A stretch of DNA of 64,000 nt from Vulcanimicrobiota bacterium. Lineage in GTDB: Bacteria; Vulcanimicrobiota; Vulcanimicrobiia; Vulcanimicrobiales; Vulcanimicrobiaceae. Location of the stretch: positions 352,001 to 416,000 of the forward strand of contig OY968762.1 in assembly GCA_963695225.1 (NCBI GenBank). Direction: 5' to 3'. Position numbers and translations under genes: made by a program. The notes under the pieces are model-generated. The model saw only the letters and a program-made list of their open reading frames with translations. It had not been told where the DNA came from and searched no databases. This document shows, piece by piece, positions 23,848 through 34,207 of the stretch. Position 1 is the first letter of the stretch. Each line of letters begins with the position of its first letter.

Positions 23848-25677
23848 CTAGCGTTCGCCGGAAACGGCGTCGCGCTGCGGGGCGGAACGGACGCGATTCC
23901 GCCCCGTTTTCTTTGCGCGATAGAGCGCGCGGTCGGCCCGTCCGATGAAGCCGGGGGTAGCTTCCCCGAAGTTGCGGACGGCGACGCCGGCGCTGACCGT
24001 GATCCTCGCGGGCGGGGCGATTTCGGGCACAACGAGCGCGGCGATTTCGGCCCGAATCCGCTCGGCAAGCACCTCGTTCGTGGCGACGTTGCCTCCCACG
24101 GTGATGAGTGCGAATTCATCGCCTCCGAAGCGGACCGGGACGTCGGCGGCTCGGCTGTTCCGTGCGAGAACGCCTGCGGCCGCCGTCAATACGCGATCGC
24201 CGGCGAGGTGGCCGAAGCGATCGTTGATGTCCTTGAAGCGGTCGAGATCGAACATGATGATGCCGACCGGCTCGGTAGAGCCGCGGTCTTGGAGCGCGCA
24301 GAGATGCTTGAGCCGCTCGCTCATGTAGAGACGCGTGAACAAACCCGTCAGCGCATCCCGGATCGAGCGCTCGTAGATGCTCTCCCGGTCGAGTTCAAGA
24401 GAGCGCAGGAGCATTTCGCGTTCGACGGCGACCTGCAGGGGCAAACTGAGATGCGCGATCAACTCCTTCAGATCCGGCGTCGGGTCGAAGGGACGCGCGA
24501 GCCTGATGACCGCCGCCCCTTCGGCGGTGCGATCGGTTGGCGAGAAGAGCGGGACGATGAGGGCGGGCTCGCCCTGCGGGGCGTCGAGCGGCCAGGACGC
24601 ATGGGCGAAGGCGGAGGCGTTGCGGGCCGTCCAGTCATCTTGCCGGGCCCCGAGGATGTCCGCGAGCGCCGCCGGTGCAGCGCCCTTTTCGCCGTGGTAG
24701 TGGTGCTCGGAGACGAGCGCGAGCGCTTCGGGCCACTCGAGGGCGGCGTAGAATTCCAAACTCTCGACCGGCAAGAAGCGACCGATGATGTCGCCCAAGC
24801 GAACGGCGATGTCGCGAAAGTCCCTGTGAAGGGTCAGCGTCTCGCCGATCTCCCGCAAGGCGGCATTGCGACGGCTGAGCCGCAGCATGTCGTTTGTCGA
24901 GTCCGCGAGCAGATAGAGCCCGCATTCGATCTCCTTGAGCTTTGCGATCATGTAAGGGACGAGTCGCTCCGGGATGATCGCGCCGTGTTGGGGCGCGATC
25001 TGCCGGATCGGCAGCACTTCGAGGTTGGAGAGCGTGTAACCGAGGATCGCGCGGCTCGGCATGTAGTGCTCGTGAAACGGGCGGAGCGATTCGAAGTGGC
25101 TTTCATCTTGCGCGTAGAGAGCCGGGCACTCGTCGCTGAAGCCGCCGAAGATGTCCGATGAAAACAGCGTCCCGGTCGTGGCGTCGAACGTCGCGAACGC
25201 TCCGGCGAAGTGGCAGTACGGCGTGAACGTGAAACGCAAGATCCTCCCGCCGAGATCGAGCTGCCAGTCGTGCTCGTCGACGCGCCAAAACGGCAGGTTC
25301 TTCAGCGCGTAATGCTTGAGGAGCGTTTCGGTGCGCCAGTGCGTGACGATCGCGGCATCCGGGCGCGTGACCGAGGCGTCGATCTCCGGCAGCGCCGCGG
25401 CGATGTCGGGGTCCTGATGGTGGCACAGGAAGTACTTGACGTTCTGCAAGCCGACGAGCGCTTCGACCTGACTGCGCGTCTCGGGCCACGTAATCAGCGA
25501 GCCGGGATCGATGAGGACCGACTGGTCGCCGTGTTCGATGAGGTAGGAATGGCACTGAAAGCTGTCGCCCGGAATGACGCGCCCGACCCACCAGGTTCTG
25601 GGCGCTATCTCGATCGGGCCGATCGCCGGTCTTTCGGAAGCGGGATCGGACGTTGCCGATGGCGGCTCGGTGCGCAT
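23848..25677 (-). CDS. Diguanylate cyclase with N-terminal ODP-like (MBL-fold di-iron) domain and a GAF-like middle region
   Basis: LIDPGS, HHQDPD, YCHF, SSDIFG, FHEHYMP, IAPQHG; C-terminal RxxD and GGDEF. Confidence 0.8.
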   Translation of the reverse strand: MRTEPPSATSDPASERPAIGPIEIAPRTWWVGRVIPGDSFQCHSYLIEHGDQSVLIDPGSLITWPETRSQVEALVGLQNVKYFLCHHQDPDIAAALPEIDASVTRPDAAIVTHWRTETLLKHYALKNLPFWRVDEHDWQLDLGGRILRFTFTPYCHFAGAFATFDATTGTLFSSDIFGGFSDECPALYAQDESHFESLRPFHEHYMPSRAILGYTLSNLEVLPIRQIAPQHGAIIPERLVPYMIAKLKEIECGLYLLADSTNDMLRLSRRNAALREIGETLTLHRDFRDIAVRLGDIIGRFLPVESLEFYAALEWPEALALVSEHHYHGEKGAAPAALADILGARQDDWTARNASAFAHASWPLDAPQGEPALIVPLFSPTDRTAEGAAVIRLARPFDPTPDLKELIAHLSLPLQVAVEREMLLRSLELDRESIYERSIRDALTGLFTRLYMSERLKHLCALQDRGSTEPVGIIMFDLDRFKDINDRFGHLAGDRVLTAAAGVLARNSRAADVPVRFGGDEFALITVGGNVATNEVLAERIRAEIAALVVPEIAPPARITVSAGVAVRNFGEATPGFIGRADRALYRAKKTGRNRVRSAPQRDAVSGER

Positions 25678-25821
25678 AGTCTCACGCGTCCTTCGTTCCC
25701 CGGGGCCGAGCGAGAAGCTGGTCGTGGGAAGTATGCGGCCCGCGGGCGGCCGGGGCCTCCAATCGAGCAAGCGCCGTCCTTCCCTTGTAGGCGCGGCGGG
25801 GTTTCGCACGAATCACGGACC

Positions 25822-26247
25822 ATGCCGATCCCATTGGATGTCGTCCACGAGCGTTCGTTTTCCGGGACGCGACGACGCATCTTCAACCTTCTTTCCGAGA
25901 TGGGGACCTCCGGGGACGCCATCTGGCCGTATGCGTCGCAGCCCTTCATGCGCACGCCGGGCCCGCTCACGCCGGGGCGGACGGAGGAATGGCACAGCGG
26001 GTTGCACGCCGTGCTCGCCGAGGTCGTCCCCGAGGACCGCATCGTCTGGCAGATCGACAACGACGGGTTCGAAGGGACGCACGGCTTCTATCTCTCGAGC
26101 GACGGGAAGAAGACCCACATCACCCATCGCATCCACGCGACGCTCTCGGATACGGAGGGCCGCCTGCTGTGGAAGCGCCTGGACGACGTGCACGCGCGCA
26201 CGATGGCGGCGCTCTTCGACAAGCTGGAACGAGTCCTCAAGCGCTAA
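25822..26247 (+). CDS. SRPBCC-like hypothetical protein
   Basis: 141 aa; EVVPEDRIVW, GTHGFYL, C-terminal helix LFDKLERVLK. Confidence 0.55.
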   Translation: MPIPLDVVHERSFSGTRRRIFNLLSEMGTSGDAIWPYASQPFMRTPGPLTPGRTEEWHSGLHAVLAEVVPEDRIVWQIDNDGFEGTHGFYLSSDGKKTHITHRIHATLSDTEGRLLWKRLDDVHARTMAALFDKLERVLKR

Positions 26248-26248
26248 G

Positions 26249-26833
26249 TCACTCCAGCTCGCGCGGCAGGTCGAGCGTCGCGACGAACGAGCGGAAGGCA
26301 CGATCCGCGTGAGCCCGGTCGCCGGTCGCGAGCGCTTCGAGAAGGAGGCCGCGGGCCACCGCCGCGAGCAGGATCGACGTGCGCGCCGCGTCCTGCGCGC
26401 CGGCGCCCCCTTCCTGGAGGACGCTCGCGAACATATCGATCGAGTCGGCGATCAGGCGCGCGCCGGCCGCCCCGTAGCGCCGCCGGTCGCGCAGAGCCAA
26501 CGCGTGTAACTCGAACGAGAAACGCAGAAACCGTTCGTGCCGCGGCGCGCTCAGGAAGAGCCATGCCCCCAGAATCTGCGAACGGAAATCGTACCCCGGC
26601 CGCCGCTCGAGCCAGGCCGCGAACAACCCGCGATAGCGGCGCTGGATTTCCTCGACGATCGCGGCGACGAGCCGCTCCTTCGAAGAGAAATGGTAGAGCA
26701 GCGTGCGGGGGCTCACGCCCAACGCCTGCGCGAACGGCCGCAGCGAGAGGTTACCGACGCCGCGCGCGAGGCACTGGTCGGCGGCCTTCGCCAACAGTCG
26801 CGGGCGCAATGCGGGATCGGCGGTGCGCGCCAT
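26249..26833 (-). CDS. TetR-family regulator
   Basis: MART...LSLRPFAQALGVSPRTLLYHFSSKERL HTH. Confidence 0.9.
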   Translation of the reverse strand: MARTADPALRPRLLAKAADQCLARGVGNLSLRPFAQALGVSPRTLLYHFSSKERLVAAIVEEIQRRYRGLFAAWLERRPGYDFRSQILGAWLFLSAPRHERFLRFSFELHALALRDRRRYGAAGARLIADSIDMFASVLQEGGAGAQDAARTSILLAAVARGLLLEALATGDRAHADRAFRSFVATLDLPRELE

Positions 26834-26839
26834 CGCGCG

Positions 26840-26869
26840 AGCGTAGCATTTATGAAACAGATGTGTCAA
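26840..26869 (-). promoter_or_regulatory. Promoter of tetR, probably leaderless
   Basis: TTGACA-18-TACGCT (extended TG), 6 nt before the ATG. Confidence 0.7.
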
Positions 26870-26917
26870 GAATAAAGCGCAGGGGAAGCGTGCGGCCCGG
26901 CGTAGTTTCGGCGCACG

Positions 26918-28162
26918 ATGAACCGTCTTGCCGCCACTAGCCTGCGAGCGCTCGCGTGCGCCCTCTGCATCGGAACGTTCGCCGTTCTGCAACCCGCCTT
27001 CGCCGCCGACAAGGGAACGTTTCGAGTCGGCTTGCTCAACCCGCTCACGGGTCCGTACGCCGCGCTCGGCGCGGACGTCAACGCGGGTTTTCAATACTAC
27101 CTCGCCACGCACGGCAACCGTCTCGGCGGATTCGACGTCGCGGTGCGCACCGGCGACGAGGCGAATTCCACCGATGCGGCGCTTTCGAAAGCGCACGAGT
27201 TCATCGAGCAAGACAAGGTCAACGCGATCGTCGGGCTCGTCAACTCAGGGATCGCGTACGGCCTCTCCGACTACGTCGATCAGCAGAAGACTCCGCTCCT
27301 GATCACGGTCGCGGGCGCCGACGGCTTGACGCAAGCGAAAGCGAATCCGTCGGTCTTCCGGGTCTCGTACACGAGTTCGCAGGATGCGATGCCGCTCGGC
27401 GCATACGCGTGCAAGCAGCTTGGGAAGAAGACGGCGGCGATCGTCGGGTTGGATTATGCGTTCGGCTGGGAAGCCGCCGGCGGATTCGCCCGCACGTACA
27501 CGGACGCGGGCTGCAAGATCGTGCAAGAGATCTACGCTCCGCTCGGCACGCAGGATTGGTCGCCGTTCGTGCAGCGGATCGACAAGAACGCGTCCGTCGT
27601 GTTCGCGGTGATCGCGGGCGCCGATGCGATCCGTTTCTTGGCCGCGGCCCGCGATTACGGCGTGAAGGCGGAGATCATCGGGCACGGCGCCCTGACCGAC
27701 GAGCAGATTCTGCCCGCCGAGGGCGCGACCGCAAACGGAATCATCACGACGCTCCATTACGCGGCGACGCTTCCGACCAAAACGAACACCGCTTTCCGTC
27801 TGGGTTACGAGGGCGCGACGAACAAGAGCGTCTCGCAATACGTCGAGGACGGCTATGCGGCCGCGCAAGCCCTCGACGCGGCCCTCGCGCAACTCCCCGC
27901 CGGTCCCGTGCAAAGCCAGGCGTTCACGGCGGCGCTCCGCACGGTTCGGATCGACGCGCCGCGCGGTCCGTTGCACTTCGATCCGAAACAGCAAGCCGTG
28001 TACAACGTGTACGTCCGGCGCGTGCGCCAGGTCGGCGGAAAATACCGCAACGAAGTGATCGACACGTTTATCAACGTCTCGCAGTTCTGGCGGTACGATC
28101 AGAATGCATACCTCGCGTTCCCGCCGTACGCGAAGTTGAAGGGGACCTGGGCGAAGCCGTAG
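26918..28162 (+). CDS. Liv-type ABC substrate-binding protein
   Basis: Signal peptide, VGLLNPLTGPYAALG, DYAFGWE, DAPRGP. Confidence 0.9.
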   Translation: MNRLAATSLRALACALCIGTFAVLQPAFAADKGTFRVGLLNPLTGPYAALGADVNAGFQYYLATHGNRLGGFDVAVRTGDEANSTDAALSKAHEFIEQDKVNAIVGLVNSGIAYGLSDYVDQQKTPLLITVAGADGLTQAKANPSVFRVSYTSSQDAMPLGAYACKQLGKKTAAIVGLDYAFGWEAAGGFARTYTDAGCKIVQEIYAPLGTQDWSPFVQRIDKNASVVFAVIAGADAIRFLAAARDYGVKAEIIGHGALTDEQILPAEGATANGIITTLHYAATLPTKTNTAFRLGYEGATNKSVSQYVEDGYAAAQALDAALAQLPAGPVQSQAFTAALRTVRIDAPRGPLHFDPKQQAVYNVYVRRVRQVGGKYRNEVIDTFINVSQFWRYDQNAYLAFPPYAKLKGTWAKP

Positions 28163-28196
28163 GCCCGCCGAGGGGGCGGGCGCCTAGGGCACGGCG

Positions 28197-29045
28197 ATGA
28201 TCACGGCGTTCCTCAGCGGCCTGGCTTACGGCATGCTGCTCTTCGTCGTCGCGCTCGGACTGACGCTCTCGTTCGGTCTGATGCGCGTCGTCAACTTGGC
28301 GCACGGCGCTTTCTACCTGCTCGGCGGATACTTGACGCTCGCGCTCATCGCGCGCGCGGGCCTGCCGTTCTGGTTCGCGGTCGCGCTGGGAGCGGCGGCG
28401 ACGGCCGCGCTCGGCGCGCTGCTCGGAACGGCGCTGCTGCGGCGTTTCCCGGGGGACGAGATGGGGCAGATCGTCTTCACGCTCGGGATCGGTTACGTCG
28501 TCGGGGACGCATTGAGTTGGGCGTTCGGTGCCGATCCGCAGAGCGTCCCGCGCCCGCCCGGCCTCGAGGGGACGATCGCCCTGTTGGGCGGGCGCTTCCC
28601 GACGTACCGTCTCGCGCTGATCGGGTTCGGCGCGGTGCTGTTCGGTGCGCTCGAAGTGCTCTTCGTGCGGACGTGGCTCGGGCTCGCGATTCGCGCCGCC
28701 GTCGACGATCCCGCGATGGCCCGCTCCGTCGGCGTGCGCGTGACGTTCCTGTATACGGCGACGTTTGCCGCCGGGGCGGCGCTCGCCGCGCTCGCCGGGG
28801 GCGTCGGCGCTCCGCTGCTCGGGCTTTCCCCGTCCAGCGGCTTCGAGATCCTGATGCTCGCGCTCGTCGTCGTCGTCGCGGGCGGGCTCGGCTCGATCCG
28901 CGGCTCGTTCCTGTGCGCGCTCCTCGTCGGCCTCATCCAGCAGTTCGGCTCGCTCTATTTCCCCGGGCTCGCGCTGTTCCTGACGTTCGTCCCCGTTGCG
29001 CTGCTCCTCGCCGTGCGGCCGCGCGGCCTGTTCGGACATGCGTAG
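28197..29045 (+). CDS. LivH-like ABC permease
   Basis: GLTLSFGLMRVVNLAHG, GGLGSIRG, RPRGLFG. Confidence 0.9.
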   Translation: MITAFLSGLAYGMLLFVVALGLTLSFGLMRVVNLAHGAFYLLGGYLTLALIARAGLPFWFAVALGAAATAALGALLGTALLRRFPGDEMGQIVFTLGIGYVVGDALSWAFGADPQSVPRPPGLEGTIALLGGRFPTYRLALIGFGAVLFGALEVLFVRTWLGLAIRAAVDDPAMARSVGVRVTFLYTATFAAGAALAALAGGVGAPLLGLSPSSGFEILMLALVVVVAGGLGSIRGSFLCALLVGLIQQFGSLYFPGLALFLTFVPVALLLAVRPRGLFGHA

Positions 29046-30717
29046 CGTCTACGCGCTCGCCGCGCTGGCCGTGGGGACGGCGTGCGCGCTCGTCCTCGCG
29101 CCGCCATTCGTGCAATTCGTGCTGACGCGGATGCTGATCGCCGCGATCTTCGCCGTGGGTTTCAACCTCGTCTACGGGTACGCGGGGATCGCCTCGCTCG
29201 GGCACGCGGCGTTCTACGCGCTCGGCGCGTACGCGGTCGCCTTGGCGAGCGCCGATTCCGGCGGGCTCGCGGCCGCCGCCGTCATCGCGTCGCCGCTCGG
29301 CGGCGCGGCGCTCGGAATCGTCTTCGCGTTCCTGACGCAGCGCACGCGCGGCATCTACACGCTCCTGCTCACGTTGATGCTCGCGCAGGGCCTCTGGGGG
29401 CTCGTCAGCCAGAACGTCGGCGTAACGGGGGGCGACAACGGGATCGCGGGGATCGCGCGCGCGCCCGTCCTTGCGGCGCCCGGCGCATTCGGCCTCGCCG
29501 TGCTCGTCGCGCTCGTCGTCGCGGCGCTGGCGGTGCAGCGCTTCGTCGATTCCCCGCCTGGGCTGATCGTCGTCGCGGGGCGCGAAAGCGAGCCGCGCGT
29601 CGCGGCGTTCGGGTTCTCGATCCTTTCGTACCGGGCGGCGGCGTTCGCGCTCTCGGGCGCGATCTGCGCGTTCGCCGGCGTGCTGCACGCGTACGCCGGC
29701 GGATCCGTCACGCCGCTGGTCGCGCATTGGTCGACGAGCGCCGCCGCGCTCGTCGCCGCGATCCTCGGGGGCCCCGCGTTCGTCCTCGGCCCCGCGCTCG
29801 GCGCCTCGAGCCTCGTCCTGCTCGAGACCGTCGCGTCGTCGCTGACGCAACGCTGGGAGACGTTCTACGGCCTCGCGCTGATTGCGACGATCGTCTTCGT
29901 CCCGCGCGGCCTCCTCGACGCGTTGAAATCGCACGCGCCCCCGGTTGCCCGCGAACCCGCCGAGCAGGCGCATCTCGCAGCAGCGCCGGCCGAGGAGCCC
30001 CGCGCCCTCGGCGAGCCGCTCCTCGAGCTGGCGAACGTCGAGGTCGCCTACGAGGGGACTCCGATCTTGCGCGACTGCTCGCTCGTCCTGCGGGCGGGGG
30101 AGCGCGTCGCGATCGTCGGGCCGAACGGTGCCGGGAAATCGACGCTGTTCGCCGCGATCTGCGGGGACGTCGCGCTCGACGGCGGGCGCATCCGTTTCGC
30201 CGGGAAGGACGTGAGCGCGGCCGGGGCCGACGCGCGCGCCCGCGCCGGGCTCGGGCGGACGTATCAGTTCGGCGCGGTCCCGCGCGCGCTCTCCGTCCGG
30301 GCCTTCCTCGAGCTCGCGCACCTCGCCCGCACCCGCCGGGACGCGTGGTCGTTCGCCCCGCTTGCCGGGATGCCGGGCCTGCAATCCGAGGTCGCGGCGA
30401 CGCTGGAGAGGACCGGCCTCGGCGCGTACGCGGACGTTCCGATCGGCGAACTCTCGGCGGGCGCCCAACGCGTCGTCGAGATCGTGGGGGCGCTCGCCGC
30501 TGGCCCGCGCGTGCTCCTCCTCGACGAACCGACGGCCGGGCTCGACGAGGACGATCGCCGCCGCGTCGTCCGGTTGATCTCCGATCTCCCGCGAACGATC
30601 GGCATCCTCCTGATCGAACACGACCGCGACGTCGTCGCGAAGCTCGTCGACCGGGTCGGCGAACTCGCCGCCGGCCGCATCAAAGGGGAAGGCGAAGCCA
30701 TTGCTCTCGGTCGTTGA
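29038..30717 (+). CDS. Fused LivM-like permease and LivG-like ATPase
   Basis: SLGHAAFY, TGGDNG, VPRGL, then GPNGAGKS, LLLDEP, IEHD. Confidence 0.85.
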   Translation: MRSVYALAALAVGTACALVLAPPFVQFVLTRMLIAAIFAVGFNLVYGYAGIASLGHAAFYALGAYAVALASADSGGLAAAAVIASPLGGAALGIVFAFLTQRTRGIYTLLLTLMLAQGLWGLVSQNVGVTGGDNGIAGIARAPVLAAPGAFGLAVLVALVVAALAVQRFVDSPPGLIVVAGRESEPRVAAFGFSILSYRAAAFALSGAICAFAGVLHAYAGGSVTPLVAHWSTSAAALVAAILGGPAFVLGPALGASSLVLLETVASSLTQRWETFYGLALIATIVFVPRGLLDALKSHAPPVAREPAEQAHLAAAPAEEPRALGEPLLELANVEVAYEGTPILRDCSLVLRAGERVAIVGPNGAGKSTLFAAICGDVALDGGRIRFAGKDVSAAGADARARAGLGRTYQFGAVPRALSVRAFLELAHLARTRRDAWSFAPLAGMPGLQSEVAATLERTGLGAYADVPIGELSAGAQRVVEIVGALAAGPRVLLLDEPTAGLDEDDRRRVVRLISDLPRTIGILLIEHDRDVVAKLVDRVGELAAGRIKGEGEAIALGR

Positions 30718-31306
30718 GCTCGAAGCGGAGCCCGGCGGTCCGCGCTGCACGCTGGAAGTCGCCGCCGGCGAGATCGTCGCGCTGGAGGGTACGAGCGCGG
30801 CCCTCCTCTCGCCCGTCCTCGACGCGATCGCGGGGCACGCCGCCCCCGTGGCGGGCCGCGTCCGGCTCGACGGTCGCGACGTTACGACCTTCGAACCCGA
30901 CGCCCGTGCCGCTTTGGGCCTCGGCTATGTGCCGCAAGGGCACCGGGTCTTCGCCTCGCTGCGCGTCGGCGAGCATCTCCGCCTCGCCGAGCGCCGGCGC
31001 GGCGCGCGGTCCCTCACCCGGCGCGACCTCGAAAGGGCGATCCCGCTGCTCGCCGAGCGCCGCGATCAGCTCGCGCGAACGCTCTCCGGCGGGGAGACGC
31101 AGCTCTTACTCCTTGCCCAGGCGCTCGCCGCCAACCCTGCCGTCCTGCTCTTGGACCAGCCGTTCGAAGGCCTCGACGCCGACGCGGTCGCAGTGGTGCG
31201 CGGCCTCCTGCGGGAACGCCGCGACGCCGGGGCGGCAATCCTCATCGCCGACGCCCGAGCGGCCGAAGTCGCCGCCCTCCCGCCCGACCGGACGGTGACG
31301 GTCTAG
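30701..31306 (+). CDS. LivF-like ABC ATPase with degenerate motifs
   Basis: GYVPQG and LSGGE retained; Walker A replaced by EGTSAALLS; Walker B reads LLLDQP. Confidence 0.75.
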   Translation: MLSVVELEAEPGGPRCTLEVAAGEIVALEGTSAALLSPVLDAIAGHAAPVAGRVRLDGRDVTTFEPDARAALGLGYVPQGHRVFASLRVGEHLRLAERRRGARSLTRRDLERAIPLLAERRDQLARTLSGGETQLLLLAQALAANPAVLLLDQPFEGLDADAVAVVRGLLRERRDAGAAILIADARAAEVAALPPDRTVTV

Positions 31307-31341
31307 CGACCGACGATTGCGGGGCGGCCCCGAGCACCCTG

Positions 31342-32529
31342 CTAAGGCCCGAAGGCTTGGATTCCCGTCTGGGCTCGGCCGAGGATGAGGCCGTGGATGT
31401 CGTGCGTCCCTTCGTAGGTGTTCACGGATTCCAGATTCATCACGTGGCGGATCACGTGGTACTCGTCCGAGACGCCGTTTCCGCCATGCATATCGCGCGA
31501 GACGCGGGCGATCGCCAGGGCCTTCCCGCACGAATTGCGCTTGAGCATCGAGATCATCTCCGGCCGCGCGGAGCCCTCGTCCATGAGATGAGCGAGCCGC
31601 AGGACCGCCTGCAGCGCGAGCGTGATTTCCGTCTGCATGTCCGCGAGCTTGATCTGCACGAGCTGGGTCGCCGCCAGCGGCCGGCCGAACTGCTCGCGCT
31701 CGAGCGTATACGAACGCGCGGCGTGCCAACAGAATTCGGCCGCCCCGAGCGCGCCCCACGCGATCCCGTAGCGGGCCTTATTCAAGCACCCGAACGGGCC
31801 GCTCAGGCCCGAGGCCTTCGGCAAGAGCGCGTCGTCCGGGGCGAACACGTCGTTCATCGAGATCTCGCCCGTGCTCGAAGCGCGCAGGCTGAACTTCCCC
31901 TCGATCCTCGGAGCGGTCAGCCCCTCCATCCCCTTCTCCAGGATGAAGCCGCGGATCACGCCTTCGTCGTCCTTCGCCCAGACGATGAACACGTCGGCGA
32001 TGGGAGAGTTCGTGATCCAGGTCTTGGCGCCGGAAATGCGATAGCCGCCGGGAACCTTCCGGGCGCGGGAGACCATGCTCCCGGGATCGGAGCCGTGGTC
32101 GGGCTCCGTGAGCCCGAAACACCCGACGATCTCCCCCGTCGCCAGCCGCGGCAGGTACTTCTGCCGTTGCTCCTCGGTGCCGTAGGCGTAGATCGGATGC
32201 ATGACGAGGCTCGATTGCACGCTCAGCGCGGAGCGGTACCCCGAGTCGACCCGCTCGACCTCGCGGGCGATGAGCCCGTACGAAACGTGATTGACGCCGG
32301 CACAGCCGTACCCGTCGATCGTCGAGCCCAAGAACCCGAGCTCGCCGAATTCGTTCATGATCTCTCGGTCGAAACGCTCGTGCCGGTTCGCCTCCAGGAC
32401 GCGCGGCATCAATTTCTCCTGGCAATACGCCCGTGCCGCATCCCGGATCATCCGCTCCTGATCGGTCAGCTGTTCTTCGAAGAGCAGCGGGTCGTCCCAA
32501 TGAAAAGTACGGCGTTCGAGCGTGGTCAC
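31342..32529 (-). CDS. gcdH: Glutaryl-CoA dehydrogenase
   Basis: [39 protein letters not shown]. Confidence 0.9.
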   Translation of the reverse strand: MTTLERRTFHWDDPLLFEEQLTDQERMIRDAARAYCQEKLMPRVLEANRHERFDREIMNEFGELGFLGSTIDGYGCAGVNHVSYGLIAREVERVDSGYRSALSVQSSLVMHPIYAYGTEEQRQKYLPRLATGEIVGCFGLTEPDHGSDPGSMVSRARKVPGGYRISGAKTWITNSPIADVFIVWAKDDEGVIRGFILEKGMEGLTAPRIEGKFSLRASSTGEISMNDVFAPDDALLPKASGLSGPFGCLNKARYGIAWGALGAAEFCWHAARSYTLEREQFGRPLAATQLVQIKLADMQTEITLALQAVLRLAHLMDEGSARPEMISMLKRNSCGKALAIARVSRDMHGGNGVSDEYHVIRHVMNLESVNTYEGTHDIHGLILGRAQTGIQAFGP

Positions 32530-32649
32530 GAGTGCGTCCCTCTTCCTCTATGCATCCGGCTGTGCATCCGGCCGGGAAGGATATCCACGGTAGATACTAT
32601 CACGCAGCAACGCCCTCCCTGGAAAGGCCCCCGCGTCTCCCGGCCGCCT

Positions 32650-32748
32650 GTCGCCCTGAGACCGTCGATGGGTGACCATCCGCGGTCTATTCTGCACCTC
32701 AGCCTGTCGAAGGCCGAGGTGGCCGCCGCCGCTCGACAGGTTCGGGGA
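32650..32748. repeat. Degenerate REP-like cluster
   Basis: GTCGCCCTGAGACCGTCGATGGGTGAC, CACCTCAGCCTGTCGAAGG, and inverted GCTCGACAGGTTCGGGG. Confidence 0.55.
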
Positions 32749-32795
32749 CCGACCACTAACTTACAAGCCGTCGGGCCCAACCGCCAGTTTAGCGT

Positions 32796-34192
32796 TGTTA
32801 GCGCAAAGCGCTGATGTCCGGCTTCTGCAAAGCAGAAATGTCCGGTTCAGGCTGTTGGGGAGGGTAGGCGGAAGGTCTTCCAAGGATGGTCGGCGGCGGG
32901 TTTCCGGACCTTCCTCGGGTCGGGGATGCGGCGGTCCAGGTGGGCGTTGAGGTCCTTTGCTCCCACGATCGGTGCGTTGCGAAGGAGCTTGCCTGCCTGC
33001 TCGGCGGCGAGGGTATGATCGCCGTGTCGAACGGTCATGCGTCCGTCGGGGTGGCGCCGGATGAGGATCCGTGAGCCCGCGGCGAGTTGGCGTCGGCTGT
33101 AGGGGTCGACGAGCTTGAAGCAGGCGTCGTCGAGCTGGAACATGAGGTTTCTCGTGACGACGCGTTCGTCGTGTCGGCACAAGATGTCGTCCAGGCGGAA
33201 ACCCTCGATGCTGCGATGGACGTCCTCCGCGTCGGCGGCCGCAACGGCAAAACGCGTATTGTGATCCGCGATGAAGCGTGGCAGGAACGCATTGGCCTGT
33301 TCGATGGTCGCGATGCTCTCGAGGCGCATGCTCTTGATGAGGCGATCTTGGAAGGTTCGGTTGGCGCGCTCGATGCGGCCCTTAGCCTGCGGCGAGTTGG
33401 CGCAGATAAGTTCAATGTCGAGTTGGTCGAGAGCGCGGTGGAGTTGGGTGGTGATGGCGCTGTCGGTGCTCGAGCCGGAATACCGAAAAATGCTGTGTTT
33501 ATCGGTGTATGCGGCGTGGAAGCGACCATAGTTTGCGAGATGAAGGGCGAGCAGCCGATAGTAACCCTCGGTCGTCTCGGCGAGCTCGAAGAGTCCGGCC
33601 GTCACGCGGCTGGTTGCGTCGTCGATGGCGAGCAACAAGGTGCAACTCGGGCCGCGTTCTTCAAACCACTCGTGCGGGGAGCCATCCATTTGCACGAGTT
33701 CTCCGAAGCGCGGGCGACGCCGCCGGAGCGGATGCACGTTGCGCCGGCGCTGTTTGGCCCTCCAGAGGTGTTGCTCGACGAGAAACGCCCGCAGCCACTC
33801 CCGGCTCACGGTAATCCCATCACGCTCGGCGAGGGTTTGGGCCAAGAACGTGGGTCCAAAGCCGCGATACTCCCCCCGATAGCGCTCGAGAACGGCCGCT
33901 CGGGTTTCATCGCCAACCCGATTGTTGGGGACGGCGCCGCGGCGTTTGGAGAGGACGCCTTGCGGCCCGTGACGCTCGAAGGCCCGGACGAGGCGCCTGA
34001 CTTGTCGCTCGGAGATCCCGAGCTTCCTGGCCGCTTGGGCCTGGGTGAGAGCGCCGTCAGCGATTCGCTGGAGGGTCCGCAGACGGTCCTGTTCGGCAGG
34101 GGACATAACAAGCAGCTCCATCGGGGAGCCCCTTGGCCGGACCGGACATTTCTGCTTTGCACGGGACCGGACATCTGTGCTTTGCTCCTACA
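32796..34192 (-). mobile_element. Complete insertion sequence, IS1202-like (formerly ISNCY), 1397 bp
   Basis: TGT...ACA ends; two GCAAAGCnnnnATGTCCGG sites at each end; 15-bp direct repeat CCGCCAGTTTAGCGT at 32781-32795 and 34193-34207. Confidence 0.9.
32847..34121 (-). CDS. DDE transposase with N-terminal HTH
   Basis: ELVQMDGS, AIDDAT, YTDKHSIF, PQAKGRIER. Confidence 0.95.
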   Translation of the reverse strand: MELLVMSPAEQDRLRTLQRIADGALTQAQAARKLGISERQVRRLVRAFERHGPQGVLSKRRGAVPNNRVGDETRAAVLERYRGEYRGFGPTFLAQTLAERDGITVSREWLRAFLVEQHLWRAKQRRRNVHPLRRRRPRFGELVQMDGSPHEWFEERGPSCTLLLAIDDATSRVTAGLFELAETTEGYYRLLALHLANYGRFHAAYTDKHSIFRYSGSSTDSAITTQLHRALDQLDIELICANSPQAKGRIERANRTFQDRLIKSMRLESIATIEQANAFLPRFIADHNTRFAVAAADAEDVHRSIEGFRLDDILCRHDERVVTRNLMFQLDDACFKLVDPYSRRQLAAGSRILIRRHPDGRMTVRHGDHTLAAEQAGKLLRNAPIVGAKDLNAHLDRRIPDPRKVRKPAADHPWKTFRLPSPTA

Positions 34193-34207
34193 CCGCCAGT
34201 TTAGCGT

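Noticed and set aside
32750..32795. Possible XerCD dif-like site next to the IS1202-like element
   Set aside because: No recognisable XerC/XerD arms, and the duplication is 15 bp rather than the short type linked to such targeting.
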